From: a virus
Taxonomy: Duplodnaviria; Caudoviricetes
Virus record (IMG/VR): IMGVR_UViG_3300020411_000980
Location: 1-64,000 of that record
Direction: 5' to 3' (one strand)
DNA: 64,000 bases
Both the position numbers and the translations under genes were made by a program. This document shows, piece by piece, positions 11,616 to 20,113 of this stretch; position 1 is the first letter of the stretch, and the number at the start of each line of letters is the position of its first letter. The notes under the pieces were generated by a model. That model ran no database searches. It was not told where the DNA came from and saw only the letters and a program-made list of their open reading frames with translations.

Positions 11616-12022
11616 TATGTTCTCTCCAACAAGAAGTCTACAGTTTGGGTAAGAGTTTCACCGATAATAGTGTAATCAACCTCAACTTCAAGATTATTGG
11701 TATCATCTACCTCTAACCTAACTTCATTAACAACAACACGTGGTTCAAATCGTGCTACTACGTTTAAGATCTCTTCTTTCAATTCCTCAGACATAAAGAC
11801 ATCGAAATTCTCGAAAAGCATCTGACGTAACCTTGATCCCTTAGTTGGTTGGAAAGGTCTCTCTCCAAACCCAGTCAGGACAAGGTTTTTGATGGACTGC
11901 TTAATGGCGTTCTCATTCTTAACCACAGAAAAATCCTCAGTATTGGGGTTGTTTTTCATCCCTATACTGAGGTCACGGAACTGTCTTGAAAGGTTCCTTT
12001 CTGCTTTAAACCGATACGCCAT
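11615..12022 (-). CDS. gp25: Baseplate wedge subunit gp25
   Basis: AIKQSIKNLVLTGFGERPFQPTKGS..LFE..FEPRV (GPW/gp25 signature). Confidence 0.95.
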   Translation of the reverse strand: MAYRFKAERNLSRQFRDLSIGMKNNPNTEDFSVVKNENAIKQSIKNLVLTGFGERPFQPTKGSRLRQMLFENFDVFMSEELKEEILNVVARFEPRVVVNEVRLEVDDTNNLEVEVDYTIIGETLTQTVDFLLERT

Positions 12023-12049
12023 TTGGCGGTATTATTGTCTTAATAAGTC

Positions 12050-12056
12050 TATTTAG
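12050..12056 (-). promoter_or_regulatory. T4-type late promoter variant CTAAATA upstream of gp25
   Basis: tatttag on + strand about 28 nt upstream of the gp25 ATG; same motif precedes other structural genes. Confidence 0.6.
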
Positions 12057-12209
12057 TCACTTTCCTTGTCCTCGGTACTTCTTCTTCGCTTTATTGCGTG
12101 AAGATGCACTGTATTTTGTGTTCATACTAGACCCTTGACGAGTCTTTTTGGGTCTTGCTTCGACAAGGTTCGTAGAACCCCAAGCACCTGTTTTGGTTTT
12201 AACTGCCAT
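12057..12209 (-). CDS. Small basic protein (50 aa)
   Basis: Manual translation MAVKTKTGAWGSTNLVEARPKKTRQGSSMNTKYSASSRNKAKKKYRGQGK; fills the gap between PAAR and gp25. Confidence 0.75.
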   Translation of the reverse strand: MAVKTKTGAWGSTNLVEARPKKTRQGSSMNTKYSASSRNKAKKKYRGQGK

Positions 12210-12225
12210 AATACGTTTGCTGTTT

Positions 12226-12759
12226 CTATGATGCTAACACATTTGGACTGCCAAATGCAACCACTGATGAACAAGGCCAACTTTTACCTGGTTTTCCATA
12301 ACCAAGAGGATCCATAATACGTCCTATTGGGATCTTGAATGCTAGAACTTGCTTTGTAGTAGCATAAAGGAGTCTCCAGTGTCCTTTACCCATCATATCC
12401 TCAGTTGTAATAAGACTGCAAACAGTTGGTGTAGGAACAATACAAGTTGCTTTACCACAGGGACAAAGATAATTGATAATATTGGTTGTTGGCGATAAAT
12501 GTGGTATAAATTGATCACCAAAGATCATAATTGGTAAACCATTTACTAGAACCGTTGCCCTCTGAGGGTTTAGAGCAGTAAGTGGGGTAAGTGGCATAGG
12601 AGGCCACATACAAGTCTTCTCCTTAACAACTATAGGCAGTTGAATCGGTGGAGTACCGCAAGACTGTGTACTATGTATTGTTGAAGGAATAGGCACACCG
12701 TGCCCTGAACAGGGTAACCCATTATGGTGTGCAACTGGTCGTAAGAGTCCTAATGCCAT
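12226..12759 (-). CDS. PAAR-like spike tip protein (gp5.4-like)
   Basis: CSGHG, ATVLVNGLP..FGD, PIGRIMD, VAFGSPNVLAS; Cys/His rich; located next to gp25. Confidence 0.8.
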   Translation of the reverse strand: MALGLLRPVAHHNGLPCSGHGVPIPSTIHSTQSCGTPPIQLPIVVKEKTCMWPPMPLTPLTALNPQRATVLVNGLPIMIFGDQFIPHLSPTTNIINYLCPCGKATCIVPTPTVCSLITTEDMMGKGHWRLLYATTKQVLAFKIPIGRIMDPLGYGKPGKSWPCSSVVAFGSPNVLAS

Positions 12760-15700
12760 TATTGATCTTGATTAGTTAAGTCACATTCATCAAAATAGGG
12801 GTTACCCCATCTCTTAATAGAATCTTCTAATAAGTTTGTCGCTCCAGGCAAATAGTTTGCCCAGTGCATTTTGCCATTCCACGGTCCTAATTCTATGTAT
12901 GGATTATCTTCTGAAGTTTTACCTGTATCAAATGCTACTGTAGAGTGCACAATGTTCTGTAGTGCAGCACATTGACCATATTCATTAAGGTTGCTGCTCT
13001 GTACCCACGTGGAGGGGTCAGAGAAAGGTTGTCCTGTACATATATCATCTGATGCCAATCCATTACCATTCTCATCATATCCACTATATACGTCCAAAAC
13101 ACCATCAGCAACAAAGTTATGCCAACAAAGATCTGGGAATTTGTTGTTAGTACAGCTATCTAACTGGATAGTATTGTATGTGTGAGTATATGTTTGACCG
13201 TTCATTGTGTCATATATGCTCACTGTACCACTTCCATACGCCGTATAGTTGTCAGGACCAACCCAAGTAGCGAGTTTCTCGAGCTCTGTCCCATAGAAAT
13301 CGAATGTAGTTTCATCACCAGCACTAGGAACGAACGTATAATTACCACCACCTGAACTAAAACAACGTCCTTTTACCGTAGAACCACGTGTACAAGAGTG
13401 AGATTTATCATTTGGACCAGCAGGGCGTGGTCTAGTGTAAGAAGGTTTGGGTAAAGACTCCAACCAATCTAAGAATCTCTGGTTAATTACCTCACCTTTT
13501 TGAGAAACATCACCTTCACACCACATTGATACACGTACTTGAGCGAATTCTTCCTTACTTCCGCAATATTTGTAAGGTAGATAACCATAAGTCTTCTCAT
13601 CACCGTACTGATCATACGCAACATATGGACAAGGTATGTCAAAGAAACGCCTAACTTGATAAAAATTGGTCTGAAATGTCTCTAAACACTCTCCTCCAAA
13701 CATTCCAGGCATTCCAGCAGCCATTTTACTCTCAACATACGCTGAATCTTCTATAGAATGTGATACAGCATCAGAAATAAACGCATCATTTTGTCCCCAA
13801 GTAGCATCAGCATTCAAAATTTGACTTGAATATTCTTTAGGATCCATATATGTGCTTAAATTTGTCCAATCTTTACCTACACCTGGGTTTAAACACTTCA
13901 CAGGTACTTGATCACAGAATTTTACCTTCTCATCAGCATTATAATCAGTCGCTTTAATGTATCCAGACACATAATCTGTCTGAATAGGTGTGTTAAATTG
14001 TTTAAATGACTCTTTAGCGTACCCTAATCCTTCACCCCAAGCGTCATTTGCTTCTTTATTTGGTATATTTTCACCTTCAGTATCAGATTCTAGTGATCTA
14101 GAGAGCTGATCTTCAATACCTTTAGCACCTTCACCCACATATGTGTCTGAACGAGTCTTTCTATCACGTTGTGCTACAGATATTTGTACTTCTTCGCCAG
14201 GTTGATAACCAGCACCTGGGTCAAGAATGGTTACTGTCTTGACACAACCTAATGCATCAATGGTAACTGTTGCTTCTGCTTGCTTAATAGTACCAGTATA
14301 ACCTGCTTCAGTGATGTATTTTTGGTTTTTTACGTTACCTGCAACGTTTGCAGCGTCATAACCTGCCATTTCAAAGTCATCATTAGTCTCATAACTGATT
14401 GCAATCTCTCCAGATACGTTATCTTCAAAGGTTTCTGGTATATGAGACGCAGTATCTGAGTATCCTTCTTGTCTTGCAAGGTCAGGAATAGAAATAACCA
14501 CCTGTGGATCGGTATAATCTCTACCACCATTGATAATTTCAATAGATCCTATCTGTCCTGCTTCATTAACTGTTGCTTCTAATATAGCCTCATCAAAGTC
14601 TCTTTTAGGTATCTTTGCTTCATTGTCAATTTCTACCTTATAATATGACAATTTCTTTGGAAATTCATATACTCCAAAGAATGCTGCTTTGTCTTTTATG
14701 CCATATCCAGCTAAAATTGAAGCAACTGCACCATTTGCAGAGTTAAATGTCTGTTGATATTGGAAAGTATTGCCATTTTGACCTGCTATAGGTTGTAATC
14801 TCATATAACCACATCTTAATTCATCACCAAAATACCTTACATTTTGAATCAACCACCCATTTATAGTCTCACCAATGGTATAGAACCCCTCTTCGTTCGT
14901 ATATCGGAAGAATATCATCAAATCATCGGTTCCTACAGCCCAAAATGACTCTTGAAGACCACTTCCAGCTGGTGCATCGACTGAAATATGTGTTTTTTGG
15001 GTTACCCACGCATCTTGACGCATCTCATAGTAATAAGAGTGGTAAGTTGTATGCGGGTCGTGAGGACAGTCAGCAGTAGACGGATTACAAGGTGCATCAG
15101 TAGTGATCAAATTGATGCCATATATGGGTCCAGAGAAGGGAAATACGGTATCATACAAATAATACACGAATTGACCCTCAAAAGCGTCGTGAAAACCCAA
15201 AAATCGGGGTAAAGCTGCCTTTACAGCACCATTTTTGCCATAATACCACTCAAAATTGCCTTTTTCATCGATTAATTCGGCATTATCGGGGTTTCCCCAA
15301 CCTAAAGTGCTTGCAGGGGGTGATTGTTCGTTATAATCTTGCTCTCCATAGCCTCCAGCTTCATCCCATTCGTACCAAGTTGACCTATTTACCTCTCCAG
15401 TATTGATAGGTTTGCCTGATTCAACAACCTGCTTTTTCTTACGTGGTGCATTTCTAGAGAACACATACCCTAATATGCCTTGATACTTGTAATCCTGATC
15501 TAGTGGTAACTTACAGTTAGGGACACCAGGAATGTCCATTTCTAGGTTGTACTCATTCGCTGGGTCTGTGGTATAGAAGTCATCAGGGTTATCTAACCTC
15601 TTATAATGATACAGAGGTATTAGTGACTCATTAGGATGTGTTACACCTGCAGAAACAGCAGCGGCTGATGAAGTCCAAATGTATCCTAGACTAGCAACTG

Positions 15701-16520
15701 AGTTACCTGGGTCATTAAGAATACTTGTAGTAAGAGAAGCATTACAATCACTACCACTTCCATCTTTAAAACAGATCTTAGTATTACCATCTTGTAAGGT
15801 AAACCCTGCAGCATTACCATTAGTAATAGTACAGTTGTATGTCTGACCACCTGTAATCGTAGCAGTCTGCGGAACTGCAGTACCAGTCCTTCCACTTTGG
15901 GTAAATGATATATCCAGACTAGGAATTGCATATGTTCCTAATGCAGTACCAGCAGTATTAGGATTATCGTTCCAACTAAAGTTAAATGTAATTGTAGCAG
16001 TACCTGTTCCTGTACAGACTAGATTACCACTTGCATCAAATGTTGCTGCTACTGTACTAGCACCACTAACTGTGGAGAAGTAACTATTAAAATTTACAGG
16101 GTCATATAATAAGAATAACTCCGAATTGCCACTATGACTTGACTCTGAAAGATAAAAAACCTCCCTCTTATTCCTAGGTTCTGCATTATAACGTCTAGGA
16201 TTAAAAGGAACGCTATCAGGTAGTTCTTTTAAGTAATGCCAAGTATGATCTACTCTCCTACAAGAGAACCATCTCCATATAGGTCTTCTTTCCGCATCGC
16301 AGTTAGCAACGCAAGTCTCAACCTGTGTTCCGATATAATAAACTTCATCCTTTCCAAACTCATAAGATCCAGGACCACTTCCTTCCACCTTAATCTGATA
16401 CCCACCAGGACCGAACTGGGCAAATGCTTGATGGTCTTCAGTTGTATATGAACGGGAGTATTCGTGTGAATCTACGGGATTCTGATAACTACGTCCTGTC
16501 TCTATCAGGTAAGCTGGCAT
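12759..16520 (-). CDS. Large virion structural protein (1253 aa)
   Basis: Long ORF with IEIINGGRDY/ILDPGAGY beta repeats like those in gp7; late-promoter motif at 16542-16548; abuts PAAR. Confidence 0.7.
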   Translation of the reverse strand: MPAYLIETGRSYQNPVDSHEYSRSYTTEDHQAFAQFGPGGYQIKVEGSGPGSYEFGKDEVYYIGTQVETCVANCDAERRPIWRWFSCRRVDHTWHYLKELPDSVPFNPRRYNAEPRNKREVFYLSESSHSGNSELFLLYDPVNFNSYFSTVSGASTVAATFDASGNLVCTGTGTATITFNFSWNDNPNTAGTALGTYAIPSLDISFTQSGRTGTAVPQTATITGGQTYNCTITNGNAAGFTLQDGNTKICFKDGSGSDCNASLTTSILNDPGNSVASLGYIWTSSAAAVSAGVTHPNESLIPLYHYKRLDNPDDFYTTDPANEYNLEMDIPGVPNCKLPLDQDYKYQGILGYVFSRNAPRKKKQVVESGKPINTGEVNRSTWYEWDEAGGYGEQDYNEQSPPASTLGWGNPDNAELIDEKGNFEWYYGKNGAVKAALPRFLGFHDAFEGQFVYYLYDTVFPFSGPIYGINLITTDAPCNPSTADCPHDPHTTYHSYYYEMRQDAWVTQKTHISVDAPAGSGLQESFWAVGTDDLMIFFRYTNEEGFYTIGETINGWLIQNVRYFGDELRCGYMRLQPIAGQNGNTFQYQQTFNSANGAVASILAGYGIKDKAAFFGVYEFPKKLSYYKVEIDNEAKIPKRDFDEAILEATVNEAGQIGSIEIINGGRDYTDPQVVISIPDLARQEGYSDTASHIPETFEDNVSGEIAISYETNDDFEMAGYDAANVAGNVKNQKYITEAGYTGTIKQAEATVTIDALGCVKTVTILDPGAGYQPGEEVQISVAQRDRKTRSDTYVGEGAKGIEDQLSRSLESDTEGENIPNKEANDAWGEGLGYAKESFKQFNTPIQTDYVSGYIKATDYNADEKVKFCDQVPVKCLNPGVGKDWTNLSTYMDPKEYSSQILNADATWGQNDAFISDAVSHSIEDSAYVESKMAAGMPGMFGGECLETFQTNFYQVRRFFDIPCPYVAYDQYGDEKTYGYLPYKYCGSKEEFAQVRVSMWCEGDVSQKGEVINQRFLDWLESLPKPSYTRPRPAGPNDKSHSCTRGSTVKGRCFSSGGGNYTFVPSAGDETTFDFYGTELEKLATWVGPDNYTAYGSGTVSIYDTMNGQTYTHTYNTIQLDSCTNNKFPDLCWHNFVADGVLDVYSGYDENGNGLASDDICTGQPFSDPSTWVQSSNLNEYGQCAALQNIVHSTVAFDTGKTSEDNPYIELGPWNGKMHWANYLPGATNLLEDSIKRWGNPYFDECDLTNQDQ

Positions 16521-16752
16521 TTAGGTAATGTACCTCCAACTTATTTAGTCGGTCATATAGATCGTCAAATACCTCTTTTAGGTTAGAATACTTGTCCTGA
16601 CCAGGTATCTTATACTGTATCATCTCTGCTCCACGCTTTAAAAACGCTTCGTGAGATTGAGTCTTACTGGCAAGAGTCTTGATGGATTCGGCAATCCTCT
16701 CAAACCTCCATTCCAACTCGGCTTCATACGATTCAAATTCAGGGATTTCCAT
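16489..16752 (-). CDS. Hypothetical protein
   Basis: 87-aa ORF tightly packed between neighbours. Confidence 0.7.
   Translation of the reverse strand: MEIPEFESYEAELEWRFERIAESIKTLASKTQSHEAFLKRGAEMIQYKIPGQDKYSNLKEVFDDLYDRLNKLEVHYLNASLPDRDRT
16542..16548 (-). promoter_or_regulatory. Late promoter variant CTAAATA
   Basis: 22 nt upstream of the 1253-aa structural gene. Confidence 0.5.
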
Positions 16753-16754
16753 AA

Positions 16755-17312
16755 TTAACTTAATAGTGCTAAATCTGAGAAATCACGCTTGATACGTGGT
16801 TTCTTCAGTCTTTCTTGTTCTTCCTTAAACCATAGGTCTGCTTTACCGTCCCAATACGTATCATTGAATTTACGGTTAATGCGGTTAAGCTTCGTTCCTC
16901 TAGCTCGTAAGCATTTGGATATACTGTTAAAACCTACTCCAACCTCTTCTCTAATCTCTATCCATTTCTTTCCTTCATCGTACAACTTATAGATCATATC
17001 ACGTTTTTCATCAGCAAGTCTAGGTGCACCAGGTAATCTACCTTCTGCTCTTGCCTTTGCTTGACCTCTTTTAACACTTTCAGACCAAGCTTTGTCTCTT
17101 AATGAATATCTCAAACCGTGTACCCACTTATGATGTGGGACGCATACTGTAATCTGGTTATGAGGGTGGTTATCAATCCAGTCCCTGTCTATAGTAGAAC
17201 CTTCATACTCTTTACCGATCATATCATCGGCTAGTTTCGAATTTCTTTGTATAATATGGTGGTGATGTAGGTTCTCGGTGGTGCCACAGATGACACAGCG
17301 ATCCATTTGCAT
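16755..17312 (-). CDS. HNH endonuclease with C-terminal resolvase-like HTH
   Basis: CVICG..HHHHI..CVPHHKWVH; then SVKRGQAKARAEGRLPGAP and an HTH-like segment. Confidence 0.7.
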   Translation of the reverse strand: MQMDRCVICGTTENLHHHHIIQRNSKLADDMIGKEYEGSTIDRDWIDNHPHNQITVCVPHHKWVHGLRYSLRDKAWSESVKRGQAKARAEGRLPGAPRLADEKRDMIYKLYDEGKKWIEIREEVGVGFNSISKCLRARGTKLNRINRKFNDTYWDGKADLWFKEEQERLKKPRIKRDFSDLALLS

Positions 17313-17314
17313 TT

Positions 17315-17830
17315 TTAAAAATAGTTTAAGTTTATTACCAATCGTCTTTCGTCAGTCGAAGTCGTTCCGCAATGCATCGTAGACTCAGGAAAAATGACTA
17401 ACCTGTTCGCTACAGATTCTACTTTCGTACCATCTTCGAATAAGGAAAAACCATTGTTACTGTTTATATAGTAGATTGCAGTCTTTGATTCCCCTTTTTT
17501 GTCATCGTTTATATCATTATGCATTTCAAATTCACGGATCTCTTCCGCAACTGGTGTCATATTCGCCTTTACTCGTATAATTGCCCTCGGTTGAAGTTTA
17601 TTAACTATACCCAATATATGATCGTACTCAGGGGTCTGAGGAACCCCATTAGAGTACATTAAGTTAAACATATGCCAGTTGTACTTCTCCTTGGCTATTA
17701 AGTCAGGATCTATCATCTGAGCAATATGAGTTGTCTTTCGCCCATAGTACCACGGGAACGTATCAGATAAGAAAGCAGTCCTTAGATGATCATATTCATA
17801 CGGGTCTAAGAATCTATCAATAATTTCCAT
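17315..17830 (-). CDS. 2OG-Fe(II) oxygenase
   Basis: HND..NRLVIF..HCG..RLVINLNY triad plus 2OG-binding Arg. Confidence 0.85.
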   Translation of the reverse strand: MEIIDRFLDPYEYDHLRTAFLSDTFPWYYGRKTTHIAQMIDPDLIAKEKYNWHMFNLMYSNGVPQTPEYDHILGIVNKLQPRAIIRVKANMTPVAEEIREFEMHNDINDDKKGESKTAIYYINSNNGFSLFEDGTKVESVANRLVIFPESTMHCGTTSTDERRLVINLNYF

Positions 17831-17872
17831 AATGTTGCGTCGCTCGGCGGGGGAGGGGTTTTTAAGGGTTTA

Positions 17873-18148
17873 CTACTCTAAGAAATCGTCACCTGCTTCC
17901 AATTTCTCTCTTATACTTCTCCAAGTATTCTGTACTCTTTCAAGGGGTTTGCCACCACAGACCTCAGCCTTGTATAACAAACACCACTTGCCAGAGTTGC
18001 ATATTAACTGACGTTCTTCCTTAGTAAATGTAGCGGTCCACTCAGTCTGCTGTTCCGACTGGTTCGTGTCCATAATGAGGTTGGGTGTGGTCGAGTTTTT
18101 TGAGAATGCTGTTGCAAGTCTCGTATTTCGAATGTTTGAAAGGACCAA
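17873..18148 (-). CDS. Hypothetical protein (likely true start at internal MDTNQ)
   Basis: ORF track; overlap with upstream gene suggests internal start. Confidence 0.55.
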   Translation of the reverse strand: MVLSNIRNTRLATAFSKNSTTPNLIMDTNQSEQQTEWTATFTKEERQLICNSGKWCLLYKAEVCGGKPLERVQNTWRSIREKLEAGDDFLE

Positions 18149-18218
18149 TGTGATTCATTTGATAATACCTAACAGCATCATAACACAATTTTTCCTCTTG
18201 TAAAGTAAAATCATTCAT
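18042..18218 (-). CDS. Hypothetical protein (MNDFTLQEEK...)
   Basis: ATG at 18218 overlaps the end of the upstream small gene. Confidence 0.6.
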   Translation of the reverse strand: MNDFTLQEEKLCYDAVRYYQMNHIGPFKHSKYETCNSILKKLDHTQPHYGHEPVGTAD

Positions 18219-18375
18219 TGTTAGTCTTCTCCAAAAGAATTGTTTCATTATCTACACTATATTCTACCTCATCGCCTGCCATTAAGTCAGCTTCTGCGAA
18301 TATTTCATCAGGTAGAATAACATACAGTTCCCCTGTATGGTCATCCTCAAGGATTTTAGTTGTGAACCTATGCAT
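18211..18375 (-). CDS. AbrB/MazE (swapped-hairpin)-like small protein, 54 aa
   Basis: Manual translation MHRFTTKILEDDHTGELYVILPDEIFAEADLMAGDEVEYSVDNETILLEKTNNE fits the G-x-l-x-LP..l..GD-v..v..i-l pattern. Confidence 0.65.
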   Translation of the reverse strand: MHRFTTKILEDDHTGELYVILPDEIFAEADLMAGDEVEYSVDNETILLEKTNNE

Positions 18376-18784
18376 CTTTTCTTATTACATACAGTGTCTT
18401 CGGTATATAGGACTGAACTGACTCTATCTTTGAGACATCAAATGCTAGATGGTGTAACAGATATCCTTCTCCGAGATATACTGCACAGTGATTGAGACGT
18501 TTATCTAATTTCATCACCAATATATCAAACTTCTTCAGATCGTCTGTGTCGAATACTTCTCCCATTTCTGAAGTCTTCAGTACAGACCATCCCTCTGCCT
18601 CCCACAGGTCTCTGAGGAACTCTTTGGCGGTGAAACTGTAGTCTTCTTTGCAGGTGTGGTAACCTATGTCCTTCCCCATATCATAAAGAAGGGTGAAGCA
18701 ACCTCCACCCCTCGTACGGGACCACTCTCTACCGATATAATGGTAGTACTGGTCTTCTAATTTCTTTTTAACCTTTTTGGTCAT
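18368..18784 (-). CDS. NlpC/P60 family cysteine hydrolase
   Basis: YIGREW..GGGCFTL..DILV..NHCAVYLGEGYLLHH. Confidence 0.8.
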   Translation of the reverse strand: MTKKVKKKLEDQYYHYIGREWSRTRGGGCFTLLYDMGKDIGYHTCKEDYSFTAKEFLRDLWEAEGWSVLKTSEMGEVFDTDDLKKFDILVMKLDKRLNHCAVYLGEGYLLHHLAFDVSKIESVQSYIPKTLYVIRKDA

Positions 18785-19007
18785 TTTTTTCCTGCGGAAT
18801 TTTTTACATATCTAGGTACCATTTTAACGAATTTCAATAATATGCCTGTCCCTATACTTTTGTAGGTTACACTTTATCAAAAAATTAATATAGAGTTCTT
18901 ATCACATAGTGGTGCTAATTGCAAGCGAATTGTTAACAATTAGTAACGCTACGGGTTTGTGTTAATTAAGTGTTGACATTTGTCTCACTATGTGTTAGAT
19001 AGTGACG

Positions 19008-19250
19008 CTACGAGTTGTTAATACTTTCCTCCTCATATTGCACGTCATAACATAAACCTTCCGCAATGAAATAATCGCATAATTGTTGATACTGAAGCAA
19101 CTCGTTATTTAGTCCACAATCTATTAAGAACTGTGCGAGGTCTATTTGTTCATCAGGTGGCAAATTACCCTCGTCTAATAGATCCAAATAGATCGCATAT
19201 TTACTGGGAATGTGTATAGTCAATATCCAAATCTCCGTGGGAACTATCAC
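19008..19250 (-). CDS. Hypothetical protein
   Basis: ORF track; start uncertain. Confidence 0.55.
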   Translation of the reverse strand: MIVPTEIWILTIHIPSKYAIYLDLLDEGNLPPDEQIDLAQFLIDCGLNNELLQYQQLCDYFIAEGLCYDVQYEEESINNS

Positions 19251-19392
19251 TAACCTCGACCAGATTAGCGTCTAAAGTATCATTTTTATCGACCATTTTG
19301 TCGATCCATTCTTTACTATTAAACGGTTTAATTTCTTTGTCCATTTGTGTTAGTTTCCTGGAATGATTGTGAATTGGATTGTTTATAATCAA
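19201..19392 (-). CDS. Hypothetical protein (likely start MDKEIK)
   Basis: ORF track; start uncertain. Confidence 0.45.
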   Translation of the reverse strand: MIINNPIHNHSRKLTQMDKEIKPFNSKEWIDKMVDKNDTLDANLVEVSDSSHGDLDIDYTHSQ

Positions 19393-19486
19393 GTGCTTTA
19401 TTTTGCCTTGATTTGTTTCTCTTTTCTCTCAAACTTTTGGGTCTATTTGATACATACGTGTCGTTACGTTTGTAAGTCCTTCCCAT
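19328..19486 (-). CDS. Small basic protein (52 aa, MGRTYKRND...)
   Basis: Manual translation; directly downstream of a consensus sigma70 promoter. Confidence 0.6.
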   Translation of the reverse strand: MGRTYKRNDTYVSNRPKSLREKRNKSRQNKALDYKQSNSQSFQETNTNGQRN

Positions 19487-19529
19487 TGGAAATTAAAGCG
19501 AGTTTGTGTTAATTAGTGTTCATACGGTT

Positions 19530-19558
19530 AGTATAAACGAATTGTGGAAAATTGTCAA
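19530..19558 (-). promoter_or_regulatory. sigma70-type early promoter TTGACA-N17-TATACT
   Basis: tgtcaa at 19553-19558 and agtata at 19530-19535 on + strand. Confidence 0.8.
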
Positions 19559-19564
19559 TGGTTT

Positions 19565-19586
19565 GTGTCACAAATATGTGTGTCCC
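19565..19586 (-). promoter_or_regulatory. 22-bp palindromic early box (copy 1)
   Basis: GGGACACACATATTTGTGACAC, 30 bp upstream of the -10. Confidence 0.55.
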
Positions 19587-19593
19587 CTATGTG

Positions 19594-19622
19594 TTGACAA
19601 CTGTTCCGTTCTTATATATACT
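19594..19622 (+). promoter_or_regulatory. Divergent sigma70-type promoter TTGACA-N17-TATACT with no downstream ORF
   Basis: ttgaca at 19594-19599, tatact at 19617-19622. Confidence 0.7.
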
Positions 19623-19760
19623 CCTAACTCTGCTATTCCTCGTGGGGTTTATAACATTTAAGAGCATCAATATAAAACACTAAAGTATGTTTTTTTAACC
19701 ATTTATTTAATCCACAAAATATTACTTAGTTGTGGAAATCCTGTGGAAAAGTAATACAAA

Positions 19761-20090
19761 CTATACCCATTTTAAGTTATTACTATTGTCGTTTAATTTG
19801 TCTTTGTCAATGTGAATAACGTTCTGCAAATTAGTTCCGCCTGGATGATAAGCAAGAGCACATAATCGTGCACAACGTCTAACAACTGTCTTACCATTTT
19901 GTCTTAAAGTAACACGTCTATATCCATTTTCGTTTAAATGTATCTTTAATTTCTTCCATTTTCCCCACTTAGTTGAATATATCTGTCCTTCGTTAGATAC
20001 AAAATAGTCCTCGTAATTAGGGATAGGTTTGTATAAAATACCAGCATCATCTTGATAGGTATTGTCATCAATTTTTTTAAAGGGATTCAT
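19761..20090 (-). CDS. NUMOD4-domain protein with degenerate HNH
   Basis: YKPIPNYEDYFVSNEGQIYS..NGYRRVTL..VIHIDKDKLND..NLKWV. Confidence 0.75.
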   Translation of the reverse strand: MNPFKKIDDNTYQDDAGILYKPIPNYEDYFVSNEGQIYSTKWGKWKKLKIHLNENGYRRVTLRQNGKTVVRRCARLCALAYHPGGTNLQNVIHIDKDKLNDNSNNLKWV

Positions 20091-20113
20091 AGCATTAAAT
20101 GATAATTAAGGGG

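Larger units (their letters stand above)
19543..19750. other. Cluster of DnaA-box-like 9-mers in an AT-rich intergenic region (candidate origin)
   Basis: TGTGGAAAA at 19543 and 19742, TGTGGAAAT at 19731, TAATCCACA at 19708. Confidence 0.4.

Noticed and set aside
17837-17871. G-rich stretch GCGTCGCTCGGCGGGGGAGGGG
   Set aside because: Only a 3-bp stem and an unconvincing G-quadruplex pattern; no function can be supported
18973-19001. Plus-strand TTGACA as a second antisense promoter
   Set aside because: The -10 at 17-bp spacing (TAGATA) is poor; not called
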